A stretch of DNA of 64,000 bases from Actinomycetes bacterium (GCA_031430645.1 JANPBY010000027.1:3985-67984); one strand, 5' to 3'. Shown: positions 50,036 through 59,911, counted from the first letter of the stretch. Program-made: numbers and translations. Notes: generated by a model not told the origin, from the letters alone.

Positions 50036-50949
50036 GATGTCCTCTCCCCGATGTCCGGGTGTTCGCTGGCGGGCTCTTTGGCCGGCTCGCTGGCCGGCTC
50101 AACCTCGCACTCCCGTCCAGGGCGCAACCTCGAGGAGAGCACGAAGTAGACCAACGCGCCAACAAAGAACAGCACGCTGACCCAGACGTTGATCCTGACT
50201 CCCCCGAGAGTGTTGGCCTCGTCGATCCGTACCGTCTCAATCATCGCTCGAGCAGCTGTGTAGAGCATGACGTAGAGCGCAAACACCCGACCGTGCCCCA
50301 TCCGGAACCGCCGATCAGCCCACACGAGGATGCCGGCCATGGCGATCAACCACAGTGACTCGTAGAGGAAGGTCGGATGAAAGGTGGCCGAGTCCGCGTA
50401 GCCCGGCGGACGGAATGCAGGCGCGATCTCCAGGCCCCAAGGGAGATCCGTGGGCCGCCCGAACAGCTCCTGGTTAAACCAGTTGCCCCAGCGCCCGACG
50501 GCCTGAGCCAGCGCCAGGCCTGGGGCCAGTGCGTCCCCGAAGGGTGGGAGCGAGATCCCCCTACGGCGGCAGGCGATCCAGGCGCCCAAGGCACCGAAGG
50601 TCACTCCACCCCAGATCCCGAGGCCGCCGTTCCAGATCCGGAGCGCATCGGCCGGGTTCCCGCCCTCGCCGAAGTAGGCCTGCGGGCTGGTGACCACGTG
50701 GTAGATGCGGGCACCGACGATGCCGAAGGGCACCACCCAGACCGCGACGTCCGCGACCGTTCCCGGGCGACCGCCGCGAGCTTGCCAGCGCCGGTCGGTG
50801 ACCCAGATAGCCAAGAAGATCCCCGCGATGATGCAGAGCGCGTAAGCGCGCAACGGGAAAGGGCCGAGCTGCCACACACCCTGGTCTGGACTGGGGATCG
50901 ATCCTAGGAAGCCGGACCCCGAAACCGTGAGGACACCGGGAAGCAACAC
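50032..50949 (-). CDS. lgt: prolipoprotein diacylglyceryl transferase
   Basis: 305 aa. The Lgt signature is present (GARIYHV...GGLGIWGG...GRWGNWFNQEL). Confidence 0.9.
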   Translation of the reverse strand: MLLPGVLTVSGSGFLGSIPSPDQGVWQLGPFPLRAYALCIIAGIFLAIWVTDRRWQARGGRPGTVADVAVWVVPFGIVGARIYHVVTSPQAYFGEGGNPADALRIWNGGLGIWGGVTFGALGAWIACRRRGISLPPFGDALAPGLALAQAVGRWGNWFNQELFGRPTDLPWGLEIAPAFRPPGYADSATFHPTFLYESLWLIAMAGILVWADRRFRMGHGRVFALYVMLYTAARAMIETVRIDEANTLGGVRINVWVSVLFFVGALVYFVLSSRLRPGRECEVEPASEPAKEPASEHPDIGERTS

Positions 50950-50950
50950 C

Positions 50951-51712
50951 TCAGCCGGCGCTCGCGTCGGCGACGGCCTTGGTCAGGGCCGTGGGGTCGA
51001 ACGACACAGCGTTGTCGAGCGTGACGCCATTGAGCAGGACAGTGGGCGTCGAGTTGATCCCGGCCTGGGCCCCCGCTGTGGCCACGGACCTGACGTAGTC
51101 GTCATAGGTCCCCTCAGCCAAGCAGGACTGGAACGCGGTGAACGCATCGCCGGAAATGCCGACGTCAACGCCGAACTGCAGGAGTTGTTCGTCGGTGTAG
51201 CCGTCGCCCTCGATCGCGGGCTGATTGGCGAAGACCGTGTTGTGGTACGGCCCTTGCTTGCCCGCGTCGGCCGAGCAGGCGAAGGCGTTCGCAGCGCGGG
51301 AGGACGAATCATTGCCAAGGCTGCCGTCCAGGAAAGACAGGATGTTGTAGCGGATCTGGGCAGTTCCCGCGGTGGCCAGCTCGTCGACCGTGGAGGCCGT
51401 GGCGTCCTCCATGGTCTTGCAGGCCGGGCACTGGAAATCTTCCCAGTAGTCCAGGACCGGAACGCCCGTTGCCTCGGGGTTGCGGACGATCGGGCCCCCG
51501 ACTTCGGTGACGGTGGCCGGAAGGGCCGCTTGAGTCGTGTCGTTGCGGCTGGTCTGGACGGCGATCCCTGTGCCAACGACAACGGCGACGACAACGACTC
51601 CACCAACGACGGTCAACAACCGTCGGCGACGCTGGTCGGCTGCAGCCGAAGCGGCACGCTCCTTGGCCAGTTGCTCGCGGCGGCTGTTCTTCGTGTCCTT
51701 GCTCGAGCTCAT
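50951..51712 (-). CDS. DsbA-family thiol:disulfide oxidoreductase (membrane-anchored)
   Basis: 253 aa. An N-terminal TM anchor is followed by a thioredoxin fold carrying the CPAC active site (YWEDFQCPACKTMED). Confidence 0.8.
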   Translation of the reverse strand: MSSSKDTKNSRREQLAKERAASAAADQRRRRLLTVVGGVVVVAVVVGTGIAVQTSRNDTTQAALPATVTEVGGPIVRNPEATGVPVLDYWEDFQCPACKTMEDATASTVDELATAGTAQIRYNILSFLDGSLGNDSSSRAANAFACSADAGKQGPYHNTVFANQPAIEGDGYTDEQLLQFGVDVGISGDAFTAFQSCLAEGTYDDYVRSVATAGAQAGINSTPTVLLNGVTLDNAVSFDPTALTKAVADASAG

Positions 51713-52296
51713 CGTTGTCGCGCTCCATCACTCTCGTCTGCCGGATCCTCGTGATCAAGCAGTTCGTCAATAAGGCCGTGGTCCCCAGTGCCGAACAAGC
51801 CCAGCCGGTCCAGCGCCCACCGGCTGGCTGGGAACAGCACGAGCCAGCTGGCCAGGCCTAAGAACAGCAGGTCGCGAAGGATCTCCGGCAAGTACTGAGG
51901 GTCCGCCGTCTGGCCGCCGCCGCCGAAACAACCACAGTCGATGGACAGACCCCGGGCCCATGCCGACGACACCGCGGCGATGAAGACGACCATGAGGATT
52001 CCCGCAGTGAACGCCGCCGCTCGGGTTGCCAGGCCGACGACGAGCATGATGCCAATCATGATTTCGAAGAACGGCAGTCCGTAGCCGACGATGGTGGCCA
52101 CGCCACTCGGCAAGAGTTGGTAGGCCGTGACCGCTGCTATTGCCTCATTGGGGTCGCCCACCTTGAGTCCACCCGCGACGATCAGCACGGCACCTAGCGC
52201 GAGCCGGGCAACGAGCGAGAGCCATAACTGCCACGTGCCGCCGGTGAACGCTCGTTGGATGTCGTCGGCGGCGACGTCCGGGACAGTGGTACTCAT
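51709..52296 (-). CDS. MauE/DoxX-family membrane protein
   Basis: 195 aa with 4 TM helices and a CGCFGG motif (LSIDCGCFGGGG), typical of MauE/DoxX proteins paired with DsbA-like oxidoreductases. There is a 4-nt overlap with both neighbours. Confidence 0.7.
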   Translation of the reverse strand: MSTTVPDVAADDIQRAFTGGTWQLWLSLVARLALGAVLIVAGGLKVGDPNEAIAAVTAYQLLPSGVATIVGYGLPFFEIMIGIMLVVGLATRAAAFTAGILMVVFIAAVSSAWARGLSIDCGCFGGGGQTADPQYLPEILRDLLFLGLASWLVLFPASRWALDRLGLFGTGDHGLIDELLDHEDPADESDGARQR

Positions 52297-52943
52297 GCCG
52301 CCGACGCTAGTCGCGAAATATCCGCGCGCAGGTCACCGACAGGCGTTCCCTGCACCCACACCACGCTCACACCGCCAGGTCCGAACCCGATGATGTGTGC
52401 ACCGTGGCCCACCTCGTAGCCGTCCTCAACCTGAGTCTCACCGCTCAGACCGACGCCAAGCTGACCCGCTGCCCGTTCCAGAACGGGGTCCGACGCCGAC
52501 AGCCCCACCATCGTGGAGTCGAAACGGTCGAGGTAGGTGCGGATGACTTCTGGGGTATCGCGGTCCGGATCGACGCTGATCCATACGACCTGGATGCGCT
52601 GACGTACACCAGGATCGACCCGCCGCAGGGCCGCCACCAAGTCGGCAAGCTGGGCGCTACACACATCCGGGCAGGACGTGTAGCCGAAGGTCACCAAAGT
52701 GACCGGGCGAGTCGCGCCCGCAGTGAACGTCCAGGGAGCGCCAGAGGTGTCAGTAAAGGAGTCCGTGGGACGGAGATAGCCGGGATCGATCAGGGCTCCC
52801 GCGTAGCCGTCGTTGTCATTGAGCTCCACCACAACCCCAGCTGCAGTACTTGATGTCCCCCCACAGCCGGTGAGTGCCAGTGCCGCAGCGAGCCCGGCGA
52901 GCAGCCCGATGCGCCTCAGCGAAGTGCGAGACAGCGGGGGCAC
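52293..52943 (-). CDS. SCO1/SenC-family copper chaperone (lipoprotein)
   Basis: A thioredoxin-like domain with the CxxxC copper-binding motif (YTSCPDVC) and a distal His (GHGAHI). An N-terminal lipobox is present (LTGCGG). The start is trimmed to the GTG (V64) that yields a lipoprotein signal; an alternative GTG lies at about 52988. The upstream ORF extension to 53132 overlaps trpA. Confidence 0.75.
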   Translation of the reverse strand: MPPLSRTSLRRIGLLAGLAAALALTGCGGTSSTAAGVVVELNDNDGYAGALIDPGYLRPTDSFTDTSGAPWTFTAGATRPVTLVTFGYTSCPDVCSAQLADLVAALRRVDPGVRQRIQVVWISVDPDRDTPEVIRTYLDRFDSTMVGLSASDPVLERAAGQLGVGLSGETQVEDGYEVGHGAHIIGFGPGGVSVVWVQGTPVGDLRADISRLASAA

Positions 52944-52992
52944 ACGAATAGAGACCGCGCGGAGGCCCCGGAAGTTCCCAACGTGCACAACG

Positions 52993-53793
52993 TCACACCC
53001 GCCCGCGCACGCCCTCGGCGAGCTCACCCGCGAGCCGTGCGACTGCGGCCACCCCTGCGGACGGAGTCTCGGAGTCGAGCAGCAACCGGACGAACGCCGA
53101 ACCGACAATAACCCCATCGGCATAGGCCGCAACCTCGGCGGCCTGTGCCCCGGTGCTTACGCCGAGGCCAACACACACCGGCCCATGTGTTGCCCGTCGA
53201 ACCCGCTCGACCAGTCCTTCAGCGACTCCGTCGACCGACGCTCGTGCTCCGGTCACGCCCATGGTCGAGGCTGCGTAGACGAACCCGGTCGTCACCGAAG
53301 CCACTCGTTCGATGCGCTCGGGCGTGGACGATGGCGCCACAAGGAAGACCGTGTCGATGCCGGCCGCCTCGGTGGCCACGAGCCACGGATCCGCCTCATC
53401 CGGGATCAGGTCAGGCGTGATGACGCCGCACCCTCCGGCCCGGGCCAGATCAGCGGTAAAGGCCTCGATGCCGTAACGCTCGATCGGGTTCCAGTAAGAC
53501 ATGACCAGAGCTGGCGCCCCCGTGGCCGCCGCCCCTTCGACCGTGTGCAGCACGTCGGCCGCGCGGGTCCCCTGGGCGAGTGACTGCTCCGCTGCCGCCT
53601 GGATCGTAGGGCCATCCATCAGCGGGTCGCTGTAGGGGAAGCCGACCTCGATGATGTCCACACCGCTCTCGACCATCGCCTCGAGGACGGCGATTCCACC
53701 CACGACGCTCGGGAACCCGGCCGGTAAGTAGCCAATGAGGGCCGCGCGTCCCTCTCTGCGCGACTCAACGAAGACCTCCGCGAGGGACGCCAT
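52993..53793 (-). CDS. trpA: tryptophan synthase alpha subunit
   Basis: 266 aa, ALIGYLPAGFP...GVDIIEVGFPYSDP. Confidence 0.95.
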   Translation of the reverse strand: MASLAEVFVESRREGRAALIGYLPAGFPSVVGGIAVLEAMVESGVDIIEVGFPYSDPLMDGPTIQAAAEQSLAQGTRAADVLHTVEGAAATGAPALVMSYWNPIERYGIEAFTADLARAGGCGVITPDLIPDEADPWLVATEAAGIDTVFLVAPSSTPERIERVASVTTGFVYAASTMGVTGARASVDGVAEGLVERVRRATHGPVCVGLGVSTGAQAAEVAAYADGVIVGSAFVRLLLDSETPSAGVAAVARLAGELAEGVRGRV

Positions 53794-55031
53794 CAGGTGG
53801 CTTCCCCTGTCGTAAGGCCGAACCAGGCTGCCGCCGTGTCAACGTCTTTGTCTCCGCGCCCGGACAAATTCACCAGGATGACCGCGTCGGGACCGAGCTC
53901 TCGACCCAGCTCGAGGGTCCCGGCCAGCGCGTGGGCGCTCTCGATGGCCGGGATGATTCCCTCGGTACGGCACAAAACCGCAAACGCGTCCATCGCAGAG
54001 GCGTCAGTGACCGGGCGATAGTTCGCCCGCCCCGTGTCCGCGAGCCAGGCGTGCTCAGGACCGACACCGGGGTAGTCGAGACCAGCGGAGATCGAGTGCG
54101 ACTCGATGGTCTGACCCATGTCGTCCTGGAGCAGATAGGACCTGGCCCCGTGCAGGACGCCCGGCGCGCCACCGGTGATCGTGGCCGCATGTCGCCCTGT
54201 TTCGACCCCGTCACCCGCGGCTTCGAAGCCGTACAACGCAACCGACGGATCGTTCAAGAAAGGGTGAAAGATCCCTATTGCGTTGGACCCGCCACCAACA
54301 CAGGCCGCGACCGCATCCGGCAGCCGCCCGAGCAGCTCTAGGGTCTGAGCCCTCGCCTCGACCCCGATGACTCGGTGGAAGTCACGGACCATGGAGGGGA
54401 ACGGGTGAGGCCCTGCCACCGTGCCCAGCATGTAGTGGGTGCTGTCGACGTTGGTGACCCAGTCGCGCATGGCCTCGTTGATGGCGTCCTTGAGGGTGCG
54501 GCTCCCAGTCCTGACCGGGATGACCTCGGCTCCCAGCAGCCGCATGCGAGCAACATTGAGCGCTTGACGTTTGGTGTCTTCCTCGCCCATATAGACGACG
54601 CACTCGAGGCCGAGCAGCGCGCAGGCTGTCGCAGCCGCGACCCCGTGCTGCCCCGCGCCGGTCTCCGCAATGACCCGAGGCTTGCCCATCCGGACGGTGA
54701 GCAAGGCTTGGCCGAGGACGTTGTTGATCTTGTGTGACCCGGTGTGGTTGAGATCCTCGCGCTTGAGGAGCACCATGGCCCCTCCGGCCTCCGCGCCGAA
54801 GCGCTTAGCCTCGGTGAGCGGCGATGGCCGCCCGGTGTACGTGCGTTGCAGGTGGTCGAGTTCAGCCGCGAACAATGGGTCGGCCTTGGCCACGGCGTAG
54901 GCCTGGGTGAGCTGATCGAGGGCCTCGACGAGGGCCTCAGGTACGAAGCGGCCGCCGTAGGTCCCGAAGTGACCCGCCGCGTCAGGCAGCGCCCCCGCCT
55001 GGAGGTCCGGCGCGAACGACGAGGTGGTCAA
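53793..55031 (-). CDS. trpB: tryptophan synthase beta subunit
   Basis: 412 aa. The PLP-lysine motif [17 protein letters not shown] is present. Confidence 0.95.
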   Translation of the reverse strand: MTTSSFAPDLQAGALPDAAGHFGTYGGRFVPEALVEALDQLTQAYAVAKADPLFAAELDHLQRTYTGRPSPLTEAKRFGAEAGGAMVLLKREDLNHTGSHKINNVLGQALLTVRMGKPRVIAETGAGQHGVAAATACALLGLECVVYMGEEDTKRQALNVARMRLLGAEVIPVRTGSRTLKDAINEAMRDWVTNVDSTHYMLGTVAGPHPFPSMVRDFHRVIGVEARAQTLELLGRLPDAVAACVGGGSNAIGIFHPFLNDPSVALYGFEAAGDGVETGRHAATITGGAPGVLHGARSYLLQDDMGQTIESHSISAGLDYPGVGPEHAWLADTGRANYRPVTDASAMDAFAVLCRTEGIIPAIESAHALAGTLELGRELGPDAVILVNLSGRGDKDVDTAAAWFGLTTGEAT

Positions 55032-55846
55032 CGCTCTCCCTTGACATGCTTCAGAGCAGGGTGCGAACCGGCCGCGACCAGATCAGCCACCGCCACCCGC
55101 GCGTCTTCTCCCGTGACGAGGCTCTCCCCCACGAGCACGGCGTCCGCTCCTGCCCTGGCGTAGTCGATGACATCACGGGGGCCACGTACTCCGGATTCGG
55201 CGACAGCGATGATCCCCGTAGGGATCCCCGGACGGACCCGGGCGAAGGTCTCTCGATCCACCTCGAGGGTCTTGAGGTTCCGCGCGTTGACTCCAATGAT
55301 GCGCGCTCCAGCATCGACGGCTCGGTCGACCTCAGCGGCGTCATGGACCTCGACAAGGGGGGTGAGGCCAAGGGACTCCGCACGTTCCACGAGACTGACC
55401 AGCGCAGACTGCTCGAGCGCGGCAACAATGAGAAGCACCAGGTCGGCGCCGAAGGCCCGCGCCTCCCACAACTGGTAGCTGCTGACAATGAAATCCTTGC
55501 GCAGCACCGGGATATCAACGGCCGCACGCACGGCCACGAGGTCGTCGAGGCTGCCGCCGAAGCGGCGTCCCTCGGTGAGCACACTGATCACCGAGGCTCC
55601 ACCGGCTTCGTATTCTGCCGCGAGCGCTGCTGGGTCCTCGATGGCGGCGAGCTCACCCTTGCTCGGACTCGAGCGCTTGACCTCCGCGATCACCGCGACA
55701 CCGTCGCCCCGCAAGGCTCCGGCTCCGTCCAACGGCTGCGTGCTCGCCGCGTGGACACGCTCTTTGAGCCGGTCGAGCGACACTGTTTCCTGGCGCGCCG
55801 CAAGGTCGGCGCGCACCCCCTCGAGGATGTCGTCAAGCACACTCAT
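55028..55846 (-). CDS. trpC: indole-3-glycerol-phosphate synthase
   Basis: Trimmed to [19 protein letters not shown], the IGPS N-helix. The 76-aa upstream extension in the ORF track is Arg/Gly/Ser noise. Confidence 0.9.
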   Translation of the reverse strand: MSVLDDILEGVRADLAARQETVSLDRLKERVHAASTQPLDGAGALRGDGVAVIAEVKRSSPSKGELAAIEDPAALAAEYEAGGASVISVLTEGRRFGGSLDDLVAVRAAVDIPVLRKDFIVSSYQLWEARAFGADLVLLIVAALEQSALVSLVERAESLGLTPLVEVHDAAEVDRAVDAGARIIGVNARNLKTLEVDRETFARVRPGIPTGIIAVAESGVRGPRDVIDYARAGADAVLVGESLVTGEDARVAVADLVAAGSHPALKHVKGER

Positions 55847-55916
55847 CGCGGCCTCCTCGCTTTGTCCCCCGCAGGCCCAGGGTAGTCGTCGAGATCCGCC
55901 GCTCCGAACGAGGGCG

Positions 55917-56354
55917 TCAGCCAGGACCAGAGCCAAGGAATGGCACCGTGGGGATGTTGCGGACGACCCACCAACCAAGGACCAGAACAAGCACCGTGAA
56001 CGGGACCCAGGGGCGATGCGGCGCTGGGCGAGGCTCGCCCGTCCACGCGCGCCGCACCCACGCAATCCAGACAAGAATCAGGGCAGGCAGCACCACTATG
56101 GCCAGGGCATTCTGATCAAGCGCCGCGAGCGGGTGACCCGTGGCGAGCTCATGGATCCCGCGCAGGGTCCCGCAGCCGGGACAGTCGAGGCCGGTCACCG
56201 CGCGAAACGGGCACAGGGGGTAGTGCCCGGGCTCGCTCGGGTCGACCACTACAAGCAGCGACACGACCCCGAACGCTGCGCCAGCCACAGCCGCCGGCGC
56301 GATAGACCCTCGCCGGTCGCGCTCCACGAGTACGTCGTTTCGGATCAGGGACAT
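55917..56354 (-). CDS. DUF2752-family membrane protein (paired CxxC motifs)
   Basis: Trimmed to [10 protein letters not shown].... An N-terminal TM helix is followed by [19 protein letters not shown] and then two further TM helices. Confidence 0.7.
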   Translation of the reverse strand: MSLIRNDVLVERDRRGSIAPAAVAGAAFGVVSLLVVVDPSEPGHYPLCPFRAVTGLDCPGCGTLRGIHELATGHPLAALDQNALAIVVLPALILVWIAWVRRAWTGEPRPAPHRPWVPFTVLVLVLGWWVVRNIPTVPFLGSGPG

Positions 56355-56356
56355 GT

Positions 56357-56677
56357 CTAGGTCGATGAGGAAGACAGGAGCGCAAGAACGATAGCGAGAA
56401 GAACAAACAGGACTGTTAAAGCCACCGAGGCGACGGCGGACCAGATCGCCCACTTCTTAGCATTCTCAGACGACGCAGCCGCGCCCACGTAGTCACCCGC
56501 GTAGTACTTCGAGCTGACCTGGGTGGAATACACGATGCTCACGATCCCCAACGGGACGCAGCAGAAAATCGTGGTGAGGATGGCCCACACCAGGTAGTTG
56601 TCCGGCATCGGACCCGGCGCGGCAGCTCCGTAGCCGTACTGCGGTGGGTAGGCGGGCGGTGGCGCGTCGTAGGACAT
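56357..56677 (-). CDS. CD225/dispanin-family small membrane protein with proline-rich N-terminus
   Basis: Trimmed to MSYDAPPPAYPPQYGYGAAAPGPMPDNYLVWAILTTIFCCVPLGIVSIVYSTQV..., a CD225 (interferon-induced TM protein-like) core. The upstream 113 aa in the ORF track are Arg-rich noise. Confidence 0.65.
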   Translation of the reverse strand: MSYDAPPPAYPPQYGYGAAAPGPMPDNYLVWAILTTIFCCVPLGIVSIVYSTQVSSKYYAGDYVGAAASSENAKKWAIWSAVASVALTVLFVLLAIVLALLSSSST

Positions 56678-56776
56678 GTCTTCCCTCTTTCGGCAGGTCG
56701 AGAAAGCATCCAGGCAGGCCGGTGCTTCTGTCGCTAGGCTGCCAGGCATTGTGCCCGGCACATCCCGCGGCGACTG

Positions 56777-57241
56777 ATGGAGGGTCAGATGACGACACCA
56801 CAGGACGGCACTCCGGCTGAGGAGCCCCTGGGCGACGACGGCCAAAGCGGCCACGTAGAACCATCTGACTCTCAGCCGCCGCCTCCACCTTCGCCCCCGA
56901 CGTACCCGCCGCCGCCCCCGCCGCCGTCCGCCTACCCACCGCCGCCGGATGGCTTTCCAGGCGCCACGCCCGGCGTGTACGCCGAGGCCGCGGGAGCAAT
57001 CGGCACCCCGAAGCAAAACGGGAAAGCCATCGCCTCACTCGTCCTGGGGATCCTTGGATTTTGCATCTGCGGAATCATCCTCGGCGCTGTTGCCGTCTTC
57101 CTTGGCCTTCAGGCCCGCAAGGAGATCGCTGCGTCCAACGGGACACAAGGCGGCGATGGCCTGGCCCTTGCGGGGCTGATCGTCGGGGGCATCGCCGTCG
57201 TGCTGGGCTTCGGCCAGCTGATCTACGTGCTTGGCCGCTGA
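56777..57241 (+). CDS. DUF4190-family membrane protein with proline-rich N-terminus
   Basis: 154 aa. A 60-aa Pro-rich tail (PPPPPSPPTYPPPPPPPSAYPPPP) is followed by two TM helices. ASLVLGILGFCICGIILGAVAVFLG matches the DUF4190 signature. Confidence 0.7.
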   Translation: MEGQMTTPQDGTPAEEPLGDDGQSGHVEPSDSQPPPPPSPPTYPPPPPPPSAYPPPPDGFPGATPGVYAEAAGAIGTPKQNGKAIASLVLGILGFCICGIILGAVAVFLGLQARKEIAASNGTQGGDGLALAGLIVGGIAVVLGFGQLIYVLGR

Positions 57242-57282
57242 CCCTGATCCCGCATACTCTGGGATCTGAGACTAGGTCCGGT

Positions 57283-57702
57283 TCAGGGAGCGAGGAACGC
57301 CCCAAATGGCTGGTTGCGCAGGACCATGAAGACAAGCAGCACAACGGCTCCGGCCCATACCTGACGCGTGGTCGGCGAGATCATCTCGCGCATAGAGCCG
57401 CGAGCACGATCCCGTACCCACAAGATCCAGGCAACAATCGCGACCGGCAAGAGCAGGACGAAGAGCGCATTGCTGGACGCCGCTCCCGCGACATCACCCT
57501 GCGTCAGGTCATTCGCCGCGCGCAACCCGCCGCACATCGGGCAATAGAACCCCAGCAGGGACAGCGTCGGGCAGACCGGGTAGCGGCCGGGCTGGTGGGG
57601 ATCGATCAGGCCCACCAGAGCGAAGGCTGCGACCACGACTCCACCGGTTGCCAGGGGACCTGCTAGTCGTTGCCGGATCGCGGCGCGTTCAAGAGTGCTC
57701 AT
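57283..57702 (-). CDS. DUF2752-family membrane protein (paired CxxC motifs), paralog of 55917..56354
   Basis: 139 aa, CPTLSLLGFYCPMCGGLRA, with the same topology as the first copy. Its ATG overlaps the stop of the upstream histidine kinase (ATGA). Confidence 0.7.
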   Translation of the reverse strand: MSTLERAAIRQRLAGPLATGGVVVAAFALVGLIDPHQPGRYPVCPTLSLLGFYCPMCGGLRAANDLTQGDVAGAASSNALFVLLLPVAIVAWILWVRDRARGSMREMISPTTRQVWAGAVVLLVFMVLRNQPFGAFLAP

Positions 57703-59111
57703 GACGCTTCGAGGCTAGCCGATCCACCGGCCGCGGAGGGGTTCGGCAGCCTTACCCCGAAGCTTGCTCCGCCTTCTTCGGCCCGACCGGCGACAGCCTC
57801 GCCGCCGAGGCGAATGGCGAGCCCGGCGACGAGTGCCAAGCCCAGTCCGGTGCCGACTTTTCGCACCCCGCGATAGCGCTCGTAGAGCACGCCCCGGTCG
57901 AAGGCGACTGAGAGATCGTCGTCAGTCAGCCCGGGGCCACCGTCGCGTACTTCGATGATCAAGAAGCCGGGCGCGGACCGGACAGCAAGAACCACCGGCG
58001 CTCCCTCCGGGGTTACCCGAAGCGCGTTCTCGGCCAACCCATCGATGATCTGTCGGACGCGCCCTGGGTCGGTCCAGACCTCGAGCGGGCCTGGCGGGAC
58101 CTCAAGGACGAAGTCCACCCCCGCCGCCAAACAGCGCGTGCTCCATACGTCGGCAGCTTGGATCACGAGCACCCGTAGATCGGTGAGTACCGTGTCGACC
58201 CTGAAGTCCTGCGCGCCGAGCCGAGCGAGGTCGAGCAGATCGCTGACCAAGCGGTCCAGCCGTTCGGACTCGGCCAGCACCGTGGCGCCTGTTCGACTCA
58301 CGTCCTCGGTCGGCACCACTCCGTCAGCGAGGGCTTCGGCGTATCCACGCACGGCCGTGAGAGGCGTCCGCAGCTCGTGAGAAATTGAGAGCAGGAAGGC
58401 GCGTTCCCGCCCCTCAGACGTCGCGAGCGCATCGCTGAGCAGGTTGAGTGCCTCGGACAGGTCGGCAACCTCCGCAGGCCCCTCAAGCGGGAGGCGGACG
58501 TCACGGGCGCCAGTGGCGAGCCGGTGCGCTGCCTCTGCCGCGCGCTGCATGGGGCGCGCCAGCCAGCGTGCCAGCAGCCATCCCGCGACCACTGAACCGG
58601 CGAGGCCCAGCACCAAGGGAAGCAGCAGCCTCCTTCTCGCCTCGGCTGCGGTGCTGCCGACGAACGCCGCAGGTTGCGCCAGCACGACGTCGGCCGGTCC
58701 GTCCGTCGGGCGTGCTTCAAACAACCAACGGGCCCCGTTGATGTCACGGATGTCGGAGACCGGCTGGCCGCCGGCCAGCAAGGCCAGATCCGCATCGGTG
58801 ACAAGCTCCGGAGGCTGCCCCTTGGCACGCAGGAAGAACACCCCGATCTCTTGGGCGCGCAGGACCTGCGCCAACTTGACCGGCCTCTGCCCGGGCGTGC
58901 CAGCGTCGCGATCGAGAGCGACCGCCATCAGGTCCGCCTGCCGACCCAAGGTCACCCGCGCCTGATCCTCGGCTGCACCGCGGATCAGGCTCATGGCCAC
59001 CACGCCGGTGATCACGACGGCAAGCAGGGCAACCGCCGTGGTCACGAGGGTGACGCGCGCGACGATTCCGCCCCTGCGGTGATCCCGGGCCAGTTGGGTG
59101 GGATCAGGCAC
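57699..59111 (-). CDS. sensor histidine kinase (TM-periplasmic loop-TM-HAMP-HisKA-HATPase)
   Basis: Trimmed to the GTG start VPDPTQ..., which overlaps the response-regulator stop. The H-box LSISHELRTPLTAVRGYAEAL is present with the N, G1 and G2 boxes (GLGLALV). The 130-aa upstream extension in the ORF track is Ser/Arg noise. Confidence 0.85.
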   Translation of the reverse strand: MPDPTQLARDHRRGGIVARVTLVTTAVALLAVVITGVVAMSLIRGAAEDQARVTLGRQADLMAVALDRDAGTPGQRPVKLAQVLRAQEIGVFFLRAKGQPPELVTDADLALLAGGQPVSDIRDINGARWLFEARPTDGPADVVLAQPAAFVGSTAAEARRRLLLPLVLGLAGSVVAGWLLARWLARPMQRAAEAAHRLATGARDVRLPLEGPAEVADLSEALNLLSDALATSEGRERAFLLSISHELRTPLTAVRGYAEALADGVVPTEDVSRTGATVLAESERLDRLVSDLLDLARLGAQDFRVDTVLTDLRVLVIQAADVWSTRCLAAGVDFVLEVPPGPLEVWTDPGRVRQIIDGLAENALRVTPEGAPVVLAVRSAPGFLIIEVRDGGPGLTDDDLSVAFDRGVLYERYRGVRKVGTGLGLALVAGLAIRLGGEAVAGRAEEGGASFGVRLPNPSAAGGSASLEAS

Positions 59112-59829
59112 CCGACGGCTCCTCGACGGAGTACCCGACCCCACGCACGGTTCGGATCGGACTGGCCAACCCCAGCTTGGCCCTGAGCTGGGCGATGTGG
59201 ACATCCACGGTTCGCGTTCCGGCCGCGGCTTCATAGCCCCACACCTCGGAGAGCAACTGCTCGCGGGTGAACACGCGACGCGGCCGACGCACCAAGTAGG
59301 CGAGCAACCCGAACTCTGTGGCCGTGAGGTCGAGTTCACGGTCGTCGACCTCGACCCTTCGGCGGCCAAGGTCGACGGTGACCGCGCCGACGACATAGGT
59401 CTGTTGCTCACCCTCCGGTCCCCGGGCACGACGTACGCAAGCCTTGACCCGGGCCACGAGTTCGCGCGGGCTGAACGGCTTCGTGACGTAGTCATCCGCA
59501 CCTAGCTCGAGTCCAAGCACCCGGTCCACTTCGTCATCGCGGGCTGTACAGAAGAGGATGGGAGTCCAGTCGCCGGCCGCGCGCAACTGTCGGCACACCT
59601 CGATGCCGTCGAGGCCTGGAAGGCCGACATCGAGGACGATTGCTGCCGGATGCAAGGTGCGCGCTATCGACAGCCCAGCGCGGCCGTCGCTCTCGACGTG
59701 AACGCCGAAGCCTTCACGGGTCAGGTACAACCTGATCAGGTCGGCGATGGGACGTTCATCCTCGATCACCAGAACCAGACCTTTGGACGTGCCGTTCTCA
59801 GCGAGGGGCGCGACTCCCGATTCGGTCAT
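59104..59829 (-). CDS. OmpR/PhoB-family response regulator
   Basis: Receiver domain (VLVIEDERPIADL...LDVGLPGLDG...DDYVTKPF) plus a winged-helix C-terminus (RTVDVHIAQLRAKL). Trimmed to MTESGV. Confidence 0.85.
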   Translation of the reverse strand: MTESGVAPLAENGTSKGLVLVIEDERPIADLIRLYLTREGFGVHVESDGRAGLSIARTLHPAAIVLDVGLPGLDGIEVCRQLRAAGDWTPILFCTARDDEVDRVLGLELGADDYVTKPFSPRELVARVKACVRRARGPEGEQQTYVVGAVTVDLGRRRVEVDDRELDLTATEFGLLAYLVRRPRRVFTREQLLSEVWGYEAAAGTRTVDVHIAQLRAKLGLASPIRTVRGVGYSVEEPSGA

Positions 59830-59911
59830 GTCTGCGCCCGCATCACCACCCAACTGTGGCACGGCCCTCAGCGCAGATCGGTCAGCGTTGTGTTCGAGTT
59901 GTGTGAAGAGC

